Source of the DNA: Octopus sinensis
Lineage: Eukaryota
Assembly (NCBI RefSeq): GCF_006345805.1
Contig: NC_043004.1
Location: 65,100,001 to 65,164,000, forward strand
Length of the DNA stretch: 64,000 nucleotides
Direction of reading: 5' to 3'
Part shown: in pieces, positions 1-12,356 of the stretch
How positions within the stretch are numbered: the stretch's first letter is position 1
Layout of the letters: the number at the start of each line of letters is the position of its first letter
The notes under the pieces: generated by a model
Seen by the model: the letters and a program-made list of their open reading frames with translations, nothing else
What the model was told of the DNA's origin: nothing
The model's database searches: none
Made by a program: the position numbers and the translations under genes

Positions 1-577
1 ATGGATATGTCATGTAGTTTTTTTTTGTGTCTTTGCGTTATCTCTTCCGTATCGTCGTATTTAATCTGCCGGGAGTCAGGAAATATCATTCTGCATGGTA
101 AAATATAGGAAGACATGAGAGAAGCGAGGTGCACAGTGCTGAAACAGAAGATTCAACGATTATTTTACGTCACCATATTACCATTATTAGCAAGACTACT
201 ACTACTACTACTACTACTGCTACTGCTGCTGCTGCTGCTGCTGCTTCTGCTCTTTATTCCATTTCCAGCTGAAACGGCACATTCTTATAAATGGCTGTCA
301 GAATTCTATTGACTGTTATTTTTTCTATTTTCGTTATAATTGCTAACATTTTTTTTGCCTTAAATATATGTTTTGTATTTCTTTTAGCACTTTATGTTTC
401 TATTTTACGCATTATTTCAGGCTTATTTCATTGTTGTTGTTGTTGTTGTTGTTGGCCAGTCTCAATATCGGCTAAGTTGGAACAACATTTCTTATAAATC
501 TTAAGATGTGTCTTGCATCTTAATTATGGTAATTCAGAGAAACTGGTTTAAATATACGCTTGTATATGTATGCATGC

Positions 578-610
<33 letters not shown>

Positions 611-1507
611 TGTATGTATGTATGTATGCATGTATGTATGTTTACACGTATGAATATATCTATACTTATATATTTGTGTATGTATATATTCTTATATATA
701 TATATATACATATATACGTATGCATATATGTATGTGTGAATCTGTGGGTATATATATATTTGTACTCACTCATACGTGACCCCACACACTGACACCCACA
801 TAGACGCGCATTTATCTATCTATCAATATATATATATATATATACACATACATATATATATATATGCCTTCATATATATGCATATATATATATATGGACA
901 CAAAAACACACAGACATTCATACATACGTATACATTCGTGAGTGTGTGTGTGTGTGGTGTGTGTGTGTGTGTGTGCGCGTGTGTGTGCATAGACGCTTAT
1001 TATAACACAGAACAATGAAGCACGAAATCCACATTATCAGCCTCTATCTTTAGAAACATTAGATGGATTTACATCAACATGTTCCTCACCACATCATCCT
1101 CATCATTATCATCATGAAATCATCATCACCATCTGCATTTTTATCATCATTGTCGTCACGTCGCCTTCATCATTTTGATCATCAAGTATCGTCCTCGTTG
1201 TTGTCGTCATCATCATCAACATAAAATATGCAATTTCATTAATCACATGCAGGACTCATTTTTCACAAGAAAGAATCCATTTAATCAGTATCTAATAACT
1301 CTTACTGATAATAAACTTACATCAAATATAAAGATAGGTCCTGGAAAAACCATTTCTTTCACACAGAAATTGAAGCTCCTTGTTATGAAATACACACAAG
1401 AAATCAGACAAACGCAAAACAAGGTAGAAACTAATTAGTACTTGAATACAAAATATATTATAAAATAGTATTTTATTAAAGCCGAAACAAGTCTCCAAAA
1501 ACTCTAA

Positions 1508-1556
1508 CTCAATCTGATGAACGATTACGTGAAACACTAAGTAGTAGTGTATGAAG
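1508..1556 (+). ncRNA. Hammerhead-like motif with a full helix III and imperfect stem I
   Basis: CTGATGA-ACG-ATTA-CGT-GAAA-CACTA-AGTAG-TAGTG-TA. Stem I pairs only with a register shift. Confidence 0.4.
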
Positions 1557-2387
1557 ATTTTAGTTTTACGACTTTAAGAAAATATTATCATGAAGTATGT
1601 ATACACATGTGGACCGAGGCCTCTATGGGTTTGTGTATACAGAAAGAAGACTGCAATACCAGTTTTCAAAGCAGGTTAAAATGAGATAATTTTCCGCACA
1701 TGTGTAAAGCTAGACTGCAGTACGAAATAGCAAAGTACACCCAGAATGAAAACACTCCGTTACAAAAAAAATTATTCCGTACGTGTTTAGCAAGCGGTAA
1801 GGTATTTCAAGTTGGCGAATAAGAAGATACTTGGATATCATTAAACACAAGTAGAAATTTAGCATTTATATCCACAGCTGGATTACACAAGTTCAATAGG
1901 AGAAAGAAAACCTGCAGGGAAGAACGTCACTCATTATCAATAATACCATTTGTAAGTTTACAGTCATCGTCGATTATCCACTGATAACCTCTAATAAAGA
2001 AGAGGATAATGAGTATTTCTGTATGCATGTGTGCATACATATGTCTCTATTTCTCTCTCTCTCTATATATATATATATATGTGTGTGTATGTGCATGTGT
2101 GTAACTATGCATGTATGTCGGCATATATATATATACGCGCGCGCGCGCGCGTGTGTTTGAGTATGTATGTAAACACGTATGCATTTACGAATGTACGTAC
2201 CTATGTATATATGAGTATCTCTCGGTCTGTCTCTCTATGTATATATATATATTTTATCATAAGAGATATATATATGTATGTGTGAATGTATGCATGTATG
2301 TACATATGTATGTAATATAAATAGATACATGCATATATATTATATATATATATATTTATATATATATTATATATATATATTTATTTA

Positions 2388-2459
<72 letters not shown>

Positions 2460-2682
2460 ATATATATATATGTATGTATGTGTGTGTGTATGTGTGAGTA
2501 TGATATATATAACACTGCAATGAATGCTCGTTGTTTTTATGGTAATTTCTGCTGTAAACATACCATTTTATAGCAGCACTCGTGTTAATGTCTTTTTTAT
2601 GTCAAATAAAGCAATTATTAGTATTACTATCACAATTATCATTATCACTATTTATGTTTATCGTCGTTTTATGTCCCTATAG

Positions 2683-2816
2683 GTAACGGAAGTGACCCTT
2701 ACACATCAGAGCAACTGCAGCTGACACAATATTTCCCTTCACTTCTTATCATCAGCATCGTTTGACCTTTTAAGCTCAAAGATATCGTAGCAACAATTAT
2801 CTTGATTGAAGTTTTT
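2683..2816 (+). other. Candidate exon (unverified)
   Basis: Pyrimidine-rich ...CTATAG acceptor and GTAAGC donor at 2817. One frame reads (G)NGSDPYTSEQLQLTQYFPSLLIISIV*. Confidence 0.2.
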
Positions 2817-3183
2817 GTAAGCCCGTCCCGCTGACCACCCAACCAACGATCCAATGAACGAACCAAGCAACCAACCAAGGCACCGACCGACCGACCGTCT
2901 GTCCAATCGACGGACGGACAGACAGACGGTCCGGCCGACCAACCGACCGATCGACTGATGCTCTAAAAGAGTTATTGGCGAGATGTTATCTAGTAATGTG
3001 TTGCGGTAAAGTGCTTGTGTATCACTCTTTACCTACCTACCTACCTACCTACCTACCTACCTACCTAACTAACTACCTAACTACCTACCTACCTACCTAC
3101 CTACCTACCTACCTACCTACCTACCTACCTACCTACCTACCTAACTAACTACCTATCTACCTACCTACCTACCTACTAACCTA

Positions 3184-3239
<56 letters not shown>

Positions 3240-3483
3240 TTATCTTTCTATTTCTATTTTTGTAGTTATATACGAATGAGTGTGTGCGAGTGCGCGAGCT
3301 CGCGCGCGTTTATGTATATTTATATTTACAATTGCACTAAGCAACTGTATGCATACACACACACCCACACACAGACACACACACACACATATATATCATT
3401 CAAATTTACTGAAAACAGGAGACGAGGACAGGTGACGGAATAACACTCAGGTGTATTACTTTAACCCTCGGGAAGAATGGAAA

Positions 3484-3522
3484 ACTTTTGACATTTCGAT
3501 CTTACGCACTTCCACAGAAAGT
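3484..3522 (-). ncRNA. Degenerate minimal hammerhead-like motif, CUGUGGA core
   Basis: Minus strand reads ACTTT-CTGTGGA-A-GTGC-GTAA-GATC-GAAA-TG-TC-AAAAGT. Confidence 0.4.
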
Positions 3523-3746
3523 AATTAGAGGGAAGAAACCGGTAAGAGAAACAACGTGTAGGGATTAACGATTCAACATGATGAAAAATTTTATACACGC
3601 ACACACATGTATATATATATATATATGCATATACATACATACATATATATATATATACATACATACATACATATATATATACATACATACATACATACAT
3701 ATATACATATATATATACATACATACATACATACATACATACATGC

Positions 3747-3793
<47 letters not shown>

Positions 3794-3925
3794 TATATAT
3801 ATTGTTCAAAATTGTAAAAAAAACTACAAAAGAAAAAGAAAAGTGAGAGTGAGAGAGAGAGGGAGAGAGACAAGTAAGGAAATAACAATAGTGCATTAGT
3901 TTGTCTCTCAAGAGAAAAGGAAGTG

Positions 3926-3963
3926 TCTTTGACGTTTCGAGCCAATGCACTTCTACAGAAATT
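3926..3963 (-). ncRNA. Minimal hammerhead-like motif, CUGUAGA core
   Basis: Minus strand reads TTT-CTGTAGA-A-GTGC-ATTG-GCTC-GAAA-CG-TC-AAAGA. Confidence 0.5.
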
Positions 3964-4747
3964 AACGAGAGGAAACAGAAGGCCACTGGAAAGCAAAAAC
4001 GGAGAGATTAATGGAAACCGTGACTGGCTAAACTGCTGTATATTTTGAATTGACTGGAAAGAAGGAAGCGGTGGGAGACACGGGTGTCAAGAGACAATAA
4101 CCTGCCCAATGTTTATGTGTGAAGCATATGTCTGTATGTGAGGATAATGTGTATATGTGTGTATATATGCATATATGGGCCAGTACGTGTGTATGTGTAA
4201 TGTGTATTTCAGCATGTTTGTGTATATTTTACTTATATACGTGTATAAGCATATATATATATATGTGTGTGTGTGTTTGTGTGTGTGTGTGTGGTGTGAA
4301 TGTATATGTGAATGCATGCGCATACTCACGCACATACACACCACACATATATATATAATATTTATTATATATATATATATTATATATAATATATATATAC
4401 ACACACTGAAACACTGAACAACGTTGCTCAGTGTTCAATTCCATTGCCCGGCATCTTGAACTAATATTTTCCACTAGAGCCTCTGACCCAACAAAAGAAA
4501 TGCAACGACTGAGCGGAACAAACGGGAAATTCACACACAAAACGGATCGTTGCTCATTCCTCATCAGTTATCGTCTAAAAGTTCCGAGCAATTTCACGTC
4601 TTTAACGATTATATATATATGTATATGTACGTGTGTGTGTGTTCGTATTTGTGTTTGTGCATGTAACTTACGTATCCAGCAACAGAGATCGATAAAATTA
4701 GTACCAGGCTTGGATCTTTTCTAAAAGATGGACAGAATTTTCTACTT

Positions 4748-5875
4748 AGTACTTATTCTATCGGTTTTGTCTTGCCGAACTGCTAAGTAAACACACCAGC
4801 ATCGGTTGTCAAGTTACTGATTTTTATCGTTGGTTTATCTTAAGCCTGGGGATCTTTTCTAAAAGATGGACAGAATTTTTTACTTATACTAAATAATTTG
4901 AAACTTCGTACACTGGTAGAATGTCAAAAGAAGACATTAATTTCAATTAGTTTTTTTGAGAAAAATGTATTTTGTAACTTTTACGTAGTTTAATTCTTCG
5001 AATTTTAACCAATCGTATTCTCTGCTTTGACCTCAATTCATTTGCTGCCGTGTTATTCGTCCTTATCCATGTCTTCTGTCTTCTGTCTTGTGTGTGTTTT
5101 TTTGTTGTGTATGTGTGCGTGTGTTGTGTATCTCTTAAATCGATGAATTTCGTCGCCCAATAAAAATATTAACGATATTTTTTTAACTTTGATATCGTTA
5201 ATATTTTTATTGGGCGACGAAATTCATCGATTTAAGAGATACACAACACACGCACACATACACAACAAAAAAAACACACACACACACATACACAACAAAA
5301 AGACACACACACACACACGCACACATACACAACAAAACACACACACACACACACATACACAACAATAACACATACACACACGCACACACATACACAACAA
5401 TAACACACACACAGAGAACAAATACACACACGCACACACATACACAACAAACACACACACACACAGGTAATCATTCCGTAAGTCAGGGATGACATTCAAA
5501 TAAACATGCGAGAAGCCTTTGAAGACAGAAGACATGGATAAGGACGAATAACACGGTAGAAATGAATTGAGGTCAAAACAGAGAATACGATTGGTTAAAA
5601 TCCGAAGAATTAAACTACGTAAAAGTTACAAAATACATTTTTCTCATAAAAACTAATTGAAATTAATGTTTTCTTTTGACACATTCTACCAGTGTACGAA
5701 GTTTCAAATTATTTAGTATAAGTAAAAAATTCTGTCCATCTTTTAGAAAAGATCCCCAGGCTTAAGATAAACCAACGATAAAAATCAGTAACTTGACAAC
5801 CGATGCTGGTGTGTTTACGCCCCCGTCACTTAGCAGTTCGGCAAGACAAAACCGCTAGAATAAGTACTAGGCTTA
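4748..5875. repeat. Large inverted duplication (fold-back) that includes part of a SINE
   Basis: Centre spacer 5179-5191 (13 nt). The left arm 4748-5178 mirrors 5192-5875. The right arm has about 240 extra nt (CA-rich expansion plus unique sequence). Confidence 0.85.
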
Positions 5876-6247
5876 CAAAGAATAAGTCCTGGGGTTAATT
5901 TGCTCGACTAAAGGCTGTGCTCCAGTATGGCCGCAGTCGAATGACTGAAACAAATAAAAAAATAAAAAGAATATATACATCGAAGATACGTCTCGCCTTC
6001 ACCTTCGAAACGTAGAGTAGAGGAAACCATGGCGACTGAAGAAGGGGTTTTCCTTGTGTTATTTGTCCTGTACTCTATTTTTTTGTTGTTTAAGAAAAAT
6101 GTCCAGTTCCTTGGGTTTGTGTCTATGTTTTCGCTCCTCATTGTGTTCGACGTTTTTTGGTGTCCTGTACTCATATATGCGTGTATATATACGTAGAGGT
6201 AGGTACGTACATATATGTATATATATATTATGCATATGTTTTATTTA

Positions 6248-6293
<46 letters not shown>

Positions 6294-6313
6294 TATACAT
6301 ATATTATATTATA

Positions 6314-6386
<73 letters not shown>

Positions 6387-6389
<3 letters not shown>

Positions 6390-7336
6390 CCGTAATAATG
6401 AAGGGTGAAATTAATTAATTTGGAAAAATTTCAATTACACCAAGTAGTCTTCGGCATGTAAAAGCCTCATTCGAGGAAAATTTAAGTAATACTAAGCAAT
6501 AAGGGTTTAGCAACGAGTTGCCTTACCACATACCGAATTTAGAAATAGTACGTCCGTGGATAACTAAAAAAATGTATGATAGATTGCAGTCAATTCATTC
6601 TCTCTTACCTGTTTGTGTCTGCCTTCCAAATGCTGTTTTTACTGAGATCTCCCTTTTTAGTAGAAGAAATAGCTATAACCTTTGACTGCTATTTCTAAAT
6701 TCGGTATGTGGTAAGGCAACTCGTTGCTAAACCCTTATTCTTAGTATTACTAAATTTCCTCGATGAGGTTTACATGCCGAAGACTACTTGGTGTAATTGA
6801 TAATTTTTCCAAAATTAATTAATTTCACCCTTCATTATTACGGATAACCATATTTTATCTCAGTAGATGACCACAGCATCTTGTTTTGGCTACACGCGAG
6901 TGGAAGGGGCTGTTGACACAATCGTTTCATTCCAAATTGAATTCGGTGATACCAGTTGCGGATTCTAGCTCGCTCTGATACTGAGTTGAGTTGGTGCCTT
7001 CTGGTATCTCAAAATTCAATATATAATCATTTATGATTATAGTATTCTACGCTGAAGAGAAAAGAAGTTTCGGTAAGATAGAATTATTTAATATTTAATA
7101 TTTAATTCTTATGCTTCCTTAAAAACTTGATTTCGAAACGTACGTCCGTGGATAACTAAAAAAATGTATGATAGATTGCAGTCAATTCATTCTCTCTTAC
7201 CTGTTTGGTTCTGCCTTCCAAATGCTTGTTTTTACTGAGATCTCCTTTTTTAGTAGAAGAAATAGCTATAACCCTTGACTGCTATTTCTAAATTCGGTAT
7301 GTGGTAAGCAACTCGTTGCTAAACCCTTATTGCTTA

Positions 7337-7339
<3 letters not shown>
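6387..7339 (+). mobile_element. Non-autonomous PLE-like/retrozyme-like element: inverted 5' arm plus 1.3 tandem units
   Basis: Inverted repeat 6387-6548 / 6689-6846. Direct repeat about 6549-6745 / 7141-7339. HHR at 7047-7151. (TA)n on both flanks. Confidence 0.8.
7047..7151 (+). ncRNA. Type-I hammerhead ribozyme, canonical core
   Basis: CTACG-CTGAAGA-GAAA...TTTC-GAAA-CGTACG-TC-CGTGG. Helix III is the palindrome ACGTACGT, with a GUC cleavage triplet at 7144-7146. Confidence 0.8.
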
Positions 7340-7378
<39 letters not shown>

Positions 7379-8302
7379 TATAATACATAATTCGCACGCA
7401 TAGATTCGTATATATCTGATGCACACACACACACGTGTGTGTGTGTATATACATATACACACACACATAAGTACGTTAATTGACCAAAAAGTGATTCCCT
7501 GGAGTAAGTAAGTAGGCAAGTAGTTTAACTGTTAATCAGGCTGCTAATTCAAACATGATGTTATGACAAGTCCGTTTAGCAAACAAACACCAATAACCGG
7601 TTGATGAATGAACGGAGTCGCTCGCAGACGAGACAAAGACGTCTCCTCGGTCTGTTCTGATAGAAATGACAGCACAATAATAAGGGCAGCGGCGGCGGCG
7701 GCGGCGACAACAACAACATCAACAACAACAGCAACATGTCAATAGGATTTTCAAATAGTCGATAAAACTACTTTAAAAGAAAAAAAACCAAAACGAACAA
7801 AAATAAATGTAGTGGAAACTAATAAGAAATTAGAAAGAAAACAAAGAAAAAACAAAGAAAGAAACCGAAGGGAAAGCAAACCCATAAAAGATATTCTAGA
7901 ATTATATTCTATCTTTTACTTCTTTCAGTCGTTATTTGTTTCATTTGACTGTGGCCATGCTGGGGCACCGCCTTGAGTTTTTAGTCGAATGAATCTACCC
8001 TAGTAATCTTTTCCGTTAAAGACAGAGACAAGACTCATACACATATATGTATGTATACATATATGGCTGTGTAGTAAGTAGCTTGCTTACCATCCACATG
8101 GTTCCGGGTTCAAAGAATAAGTCCTGGGGCCCAAGCTCCAGTATGGCCGCAGTCAAATGACTGAAACAAGTAAAAGAGTACGTATATATATATATATATA
8201 TATAACGGGAAGCTTTATGAAAATAGACAAAAGACGAAGGCAGGTGGGAAACAAACAAACAATTGTATTAGTATGGCGCTCAGGAAATATAAATAAAACA
8301 AG

Positions 8303-8340
8303 TCTTTAACGTTTCGAGCCTACGCTCTTCAACAGAAAGA
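8303..8340 (-). ncRNA. Minimal hammerhead-like motif, CUGUUGA core
   Basis: Minus strand reads TCTTT-CTGTTGA-A-GAGC-GTAG-GCTC-GAAA-CG-TT-AAAGA. Confidence 0.6.
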
Positions 8341-8409
8341 TACACAGAGAGAAAAAAAACACAGAAGGAAGGAGAGAAAAAAATGCGTGCAGTAACTAAC
8401 GAATCAACA

Positions 8410-8452
<43 letters not shown>

Positions 8453-10074
8453 CATATGTGTGTGTGTGTGTGAGTGTTCTTATTGTTTCTGTGCTTGTTC
8501 CCCACCACTGCTTGACAATTGGTGTTGGAGTGTTTACGTCCCCATAACCTAGCGGTTCGGTAAAAGACGCTGATAGAACAAGTACCAAGCTTTACAGAAA
8601 AATAAATAAATAAAGAAAATAACGACTGTGCTTCACTCGTCCGACTAAAATCTTTCAAGGCGGTGCCCCAGCATGGCCGTAGTTAAATGACTGTATCTTG
8701 TAATGTAAAAGTTAGTAGTCTGTTGTTTTATACTATTTGTTGCAATATAACTCTCTATACTATTTTATATTATCAGAAATAGGTCTTATCAAAAACTGAA
8801 AGTCTTCTCATTCTGAAGAAAGAATGATACCTATTTGCTTTACAAAACCCAGCGGAGGCATACAATGAAGTATTAATCTCATATAAGGGACGGTGCTGGT
8901 GCTGCACTTACAGACGCTCTATACCACACCCAAGAAACGTGCAATCCGACTGACAGTTACTCACAGACATACTCTGGTTTTAGACATACACACAGTAGGA
9001 TCGCCATTTCATTTCTTTGTCTCATCTACCGTATTCTAATGACTAACGCTTCACAGATCAGGCTAAGCAAATATCACCTTCACTCAGACATTCATAGGCT
9101 TTCGCCACCAGTTCATAGATTTTTCTTTTATACCTGTTCCAAATATTTCATCGACTGTCAAGGACAGACTTCGTTGTACGTAGCCCTATTCATCTATTGC
9201 GTGTGAATGTATCTCAGAAGAACGTATAAAGCAGGCAGAAGTTTTCACTTTTAATCAATGTCATGTATTTCATTGCCTATCGAGGACTAACTTTAACATA
9301 CACGACCCGGTTAAACCACCATGTGGGAATATATCTCAGAAAATTTGAAATGAATTGGAGAATTCTATGCTAAATCTATGGTTCGTATTTCATTCTCTAC
9401 GAAAGAGGGACATCAACATCATTGTATGTGACCCACTTAAGATATCGTATGCGAGAATATCTCAGAAGATCATTTAGATGAGACACAGCTTCATTACTAT
9501 AAAAGAGGAAATCAGCATCAGTGCTCTTGAACCTCACGGGGTTTGAAGACATATATAAGCAATATAATTCCAATTTATATCAATTCTTTTCTGAACGTTT
9601 GCCAAATCAGCCAACCAATTGTTGAATCTATTTATAAAGTAGGAAACAGACTAACAAATCGATGGATAGATAGACTGGAATGATGGCTGGATGGATCAAT
9701 CGAGCAATTAACAATTAGAGAGCAAATACATGTCGCAATCAGCCAAGTAAATCGTAGCGAAAAATCATGAAATTATTAGTAAAGTTGTTCAGTCAATCGT
9801 CAAAGTCGTTCTTCAAACAACGGGCAAATTAATTAGCCAAACCGTTCACCAATCAATCTTTTACTCCATCAGTCAAGAAATTCATAAATCATCTAGCTGA
9901 GTAGGGTAGGTAGACAATCGAATTAGTACAAACAACTAGTTAGATTATTTATCCCTTCATCGAGTCAATATCTTAACGGTTTGCCATTCTACTCAGTAAT
10001 TAATAAATCAAACATATCTACGCGAAAAGTGGAACATGTCAGTCGTCACTAATACACGAATCCATAGACAAATT

Positions 10075-10400
10075 GAATGCTAAAACTCTTATAATGATCA
10101 ATAATATTAAAATAAATTCTTACTAATGCGTATATTGGTTACGACTGAAAGGCCTATGGAGAGATTCCTGCTAAGGCTATTATTGAAAAAGCTCATTGGA
10201 AATGGAATACTTCGAGAACGAAGCGGAATGACCATGTGATCGCAGAGTACAGAAAGCAAAAGATCTGCTGGGCCGCGCATGTCACATGGTTCAAAGACAA
10301 CAGGTGGACTCGTGTAGTTGCCGAGCATTATCCAAAATATTGGAAAAGGCCCCTTGGAAGGCCACCACAACGATTTTACCAAGCAGTTTCGGTTAACATG
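10075..10400 (+). pseudogene. LINE (RTE-like) RT 3' fragment
   Basis: KQKICWAAHVTWFKDNRWTRVVAEHYPKYWKRPLGRPPQRF matches the WAGHV..DNRW..W.P...KR..GRP tail motif. Confidence 0.75.
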
Positions 10401-10523
10401 GAAACGAATGGTGCTATCAAAATAGAATTGGAGGCGCATTGTTATCAGCGATGTATAACAGCATTTGATGATCTGGTCAATACTTTGATTCTGGGATATT
10501 AACCGGTATAATACACTTCTACA

Positions 10524-10908
10524 AGGAGGCGCAATGGCCCAGTGGTTAGGGCAGCGGACTCGTGGTCGTAGGATCGCGGTTTCGATTCCCAGACCGGGCG
10601 TTGTGAGTGTTTATTGAGCGAAAACACCTAAAGCTTCACAAGGCTCCGGCAGGCATGGTGGTGATCCCTGCTGTACTCTTTCACCACAACTTTCTCTCAC
10701 TCTTACTTTCTGTTTCTGTTGTACCTGTATTTCAAAGGGCCGGCCTTGTCACTCTCTGTGTCACGCTGAATATCCCCGAGAACTACGTTAAGGGTACACG
10801 TGTCTGTGGAGTGCTCAGCCACTTACACGTTAATTTCACGATCAGGCTGTTCCGTTAATCGGATCAACCGGAACCCTCGTCGTCGTAACCGACGGAGTGC
10901 TTCCATCC
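10524..10908 (+). mobile_element. tRNA-derived SINE family C with 11-bp TSD
   Basis: Box A TGGCCCAGTGG and box B GGTTTCGATTCCC. TSD ACACTTCTACA at 10513-10523 and 10909-10919. Confidence 0.9.
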
Positions 10909-10949
10909 ACACTTCTACAGAAATTCTGCATTGAGTGTAGTGACGAAGG

Positions 10950-11110
10950 TGTATCTATGTTGCTGCGGGAGTATCTGTGTTGACTCAGGCATGTCTGCCG
11001 TTGACTCAGGCATATCCATGTTGACTCAGGCTTATTTGTGTTGACTCAGGTATGTCTGTGTTGATTCAGAAATGTCTGGGTTGACGCATGCGTGTCTAAT
11101 GTTGAGGAAG
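10950..11110 (+). repeat. 20-bp minisatellite containing TGACTCA
   Basis: GTTGACTCAGG at 10979, 11000, 11020 and 11040, with decayed units at 11060 and 11080. Confidence 0.85.
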
Positions 11111-11837
11111 GCAAGTTTATGCGACTAAGAAGTTTACTGTGCACTCCTGGGGAGACACATCGAACACCACTGCACAAAACATTGTGTTTGTGTCTCATAC
11201 CATTATCACGGGTCAACTAAAAGTTTGAAAGTGAAATGTACTCGCATGGTTCTCTGAAAACATGTACACTCATTCTGTGGCATGTTCAGTACATCACTCG
11301 ATTCAAAACGACCTCTCGCCTGGTTTTTGTATGGCTTTAATGGAGTCCATGCTGTTGCTAATATTTGGAGCCAGGACTGCAGGTTAAGTATTACCTCCAA
11401 TCTTTCTTCACAAGTCTCCTAAACTTGAGACACTAGAACAAGTCTTTTACCTCTGGTTAATATTTTACATTAAAATATTAACCGAAACAAAAACACAGCT
11501 CAGCAGGACGCCGTCACTCGTGAGCAGCGATAAATTAGTAACATGTAACGCGGTATTGCAAATTGTTTGATGTACCTATACAGTGATGAGTAGACATAGA
11601 GACACTCTTTCCGTCAGATCGCACTAGAAACAGTCGAAAACCCAGCATGTAAATTCAGAAGGAATATAATTGCTTCTAATATGCATATTAACTGACTCGG
11701 TAACTTTCAACAAGAATGGTATGCAATATGCATGTGTTGATGCAGATATGGTTATGTGGCAAAAACGCTCGACTTTCAGTTATCTGGTTTCAAGCAGAAT
11801 ACCACAGAACGATGCATGAAGTTCTTGATTGCTATTA

Positions 11838-12356
11838 TTGGGTTGTCCGGAAAGTTCGTGCCAATTTTTAAAGGAAAGAAAAAAAGTCAATAAATGCTTG
11901 CCATTACATTTTTAATCAACCAAATATCAACCATTTTGTTGCACAATGCGTCTCCATCTTTCCTTTAACTTGAAAATACCCTCTTCCCAGAATTGAGGTG
12001 GTTTCATGGCAAATAATTCATCAAGGTATCTTTTTACGTCATCCAAGGAATTGAAATTTTTACCATTAAGACTATTCTGCAGAAACCTGAATAAGTGGAA
12101 ATCTGAAGGAGCAATATCTGGTGAATATGGAGGGTTGGGTAACACATCCCAGCCGAGCTGCAGCAATTTTTATCTGGTTCCCAAAGCATCAAGTGCCGAA
12201 AATGAACTTTCTTATCTTCCGTTTTAGAGGGTTACAGAATTAACACAGGTTATAGGAACATAAATCTTCTTCCATGAAAAGATAGTTTAAACTGTGCTCT
12301 AAATAAGTCGAAAGATAAGCTACTATAAATCGGCCCGAACTTTCCGGACAACCCAA
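11838..12356 (-). mobile_element. Internally deleted mariner transposon (519 bp)
   Basis: TIRs TTGGGTTGTCCGGAAAGTTCG / CGAACTTTCCGGACAACCCAA with TA on both sides. The interior encodes PPYSPDIAPSDFHLF...ERWRRIVQQNG, a mariner transposase C-terminus. Confidence 0.93.

Noticed and set aside
2720-2760. Minus-strand CTGATGA...GAAA
   Set aside because: Neither stem I nor stem II pairs.
5597-5672. CCGAAGA...GAAA-TTAA-T hammerhead-like motif in the large fold-back
   Set aside because: The cleavage position would be G or missing in both arms, and AT-rich pairing may be chance.
5995-6060. GAAACGTA followed by CTGAAGA-AGGGG...CCTT
   Set aside because: The halves are in permuted order with no stem I. 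At best this is a decayed relic.
10524-10600. tRNA gene candidates (also 29378-29450 and 29876-29952)
   Set aside because: Box A/B are present, but there is no complete cloverleaf acceptor stem. They continue into SINE bodies, one with a TSD.
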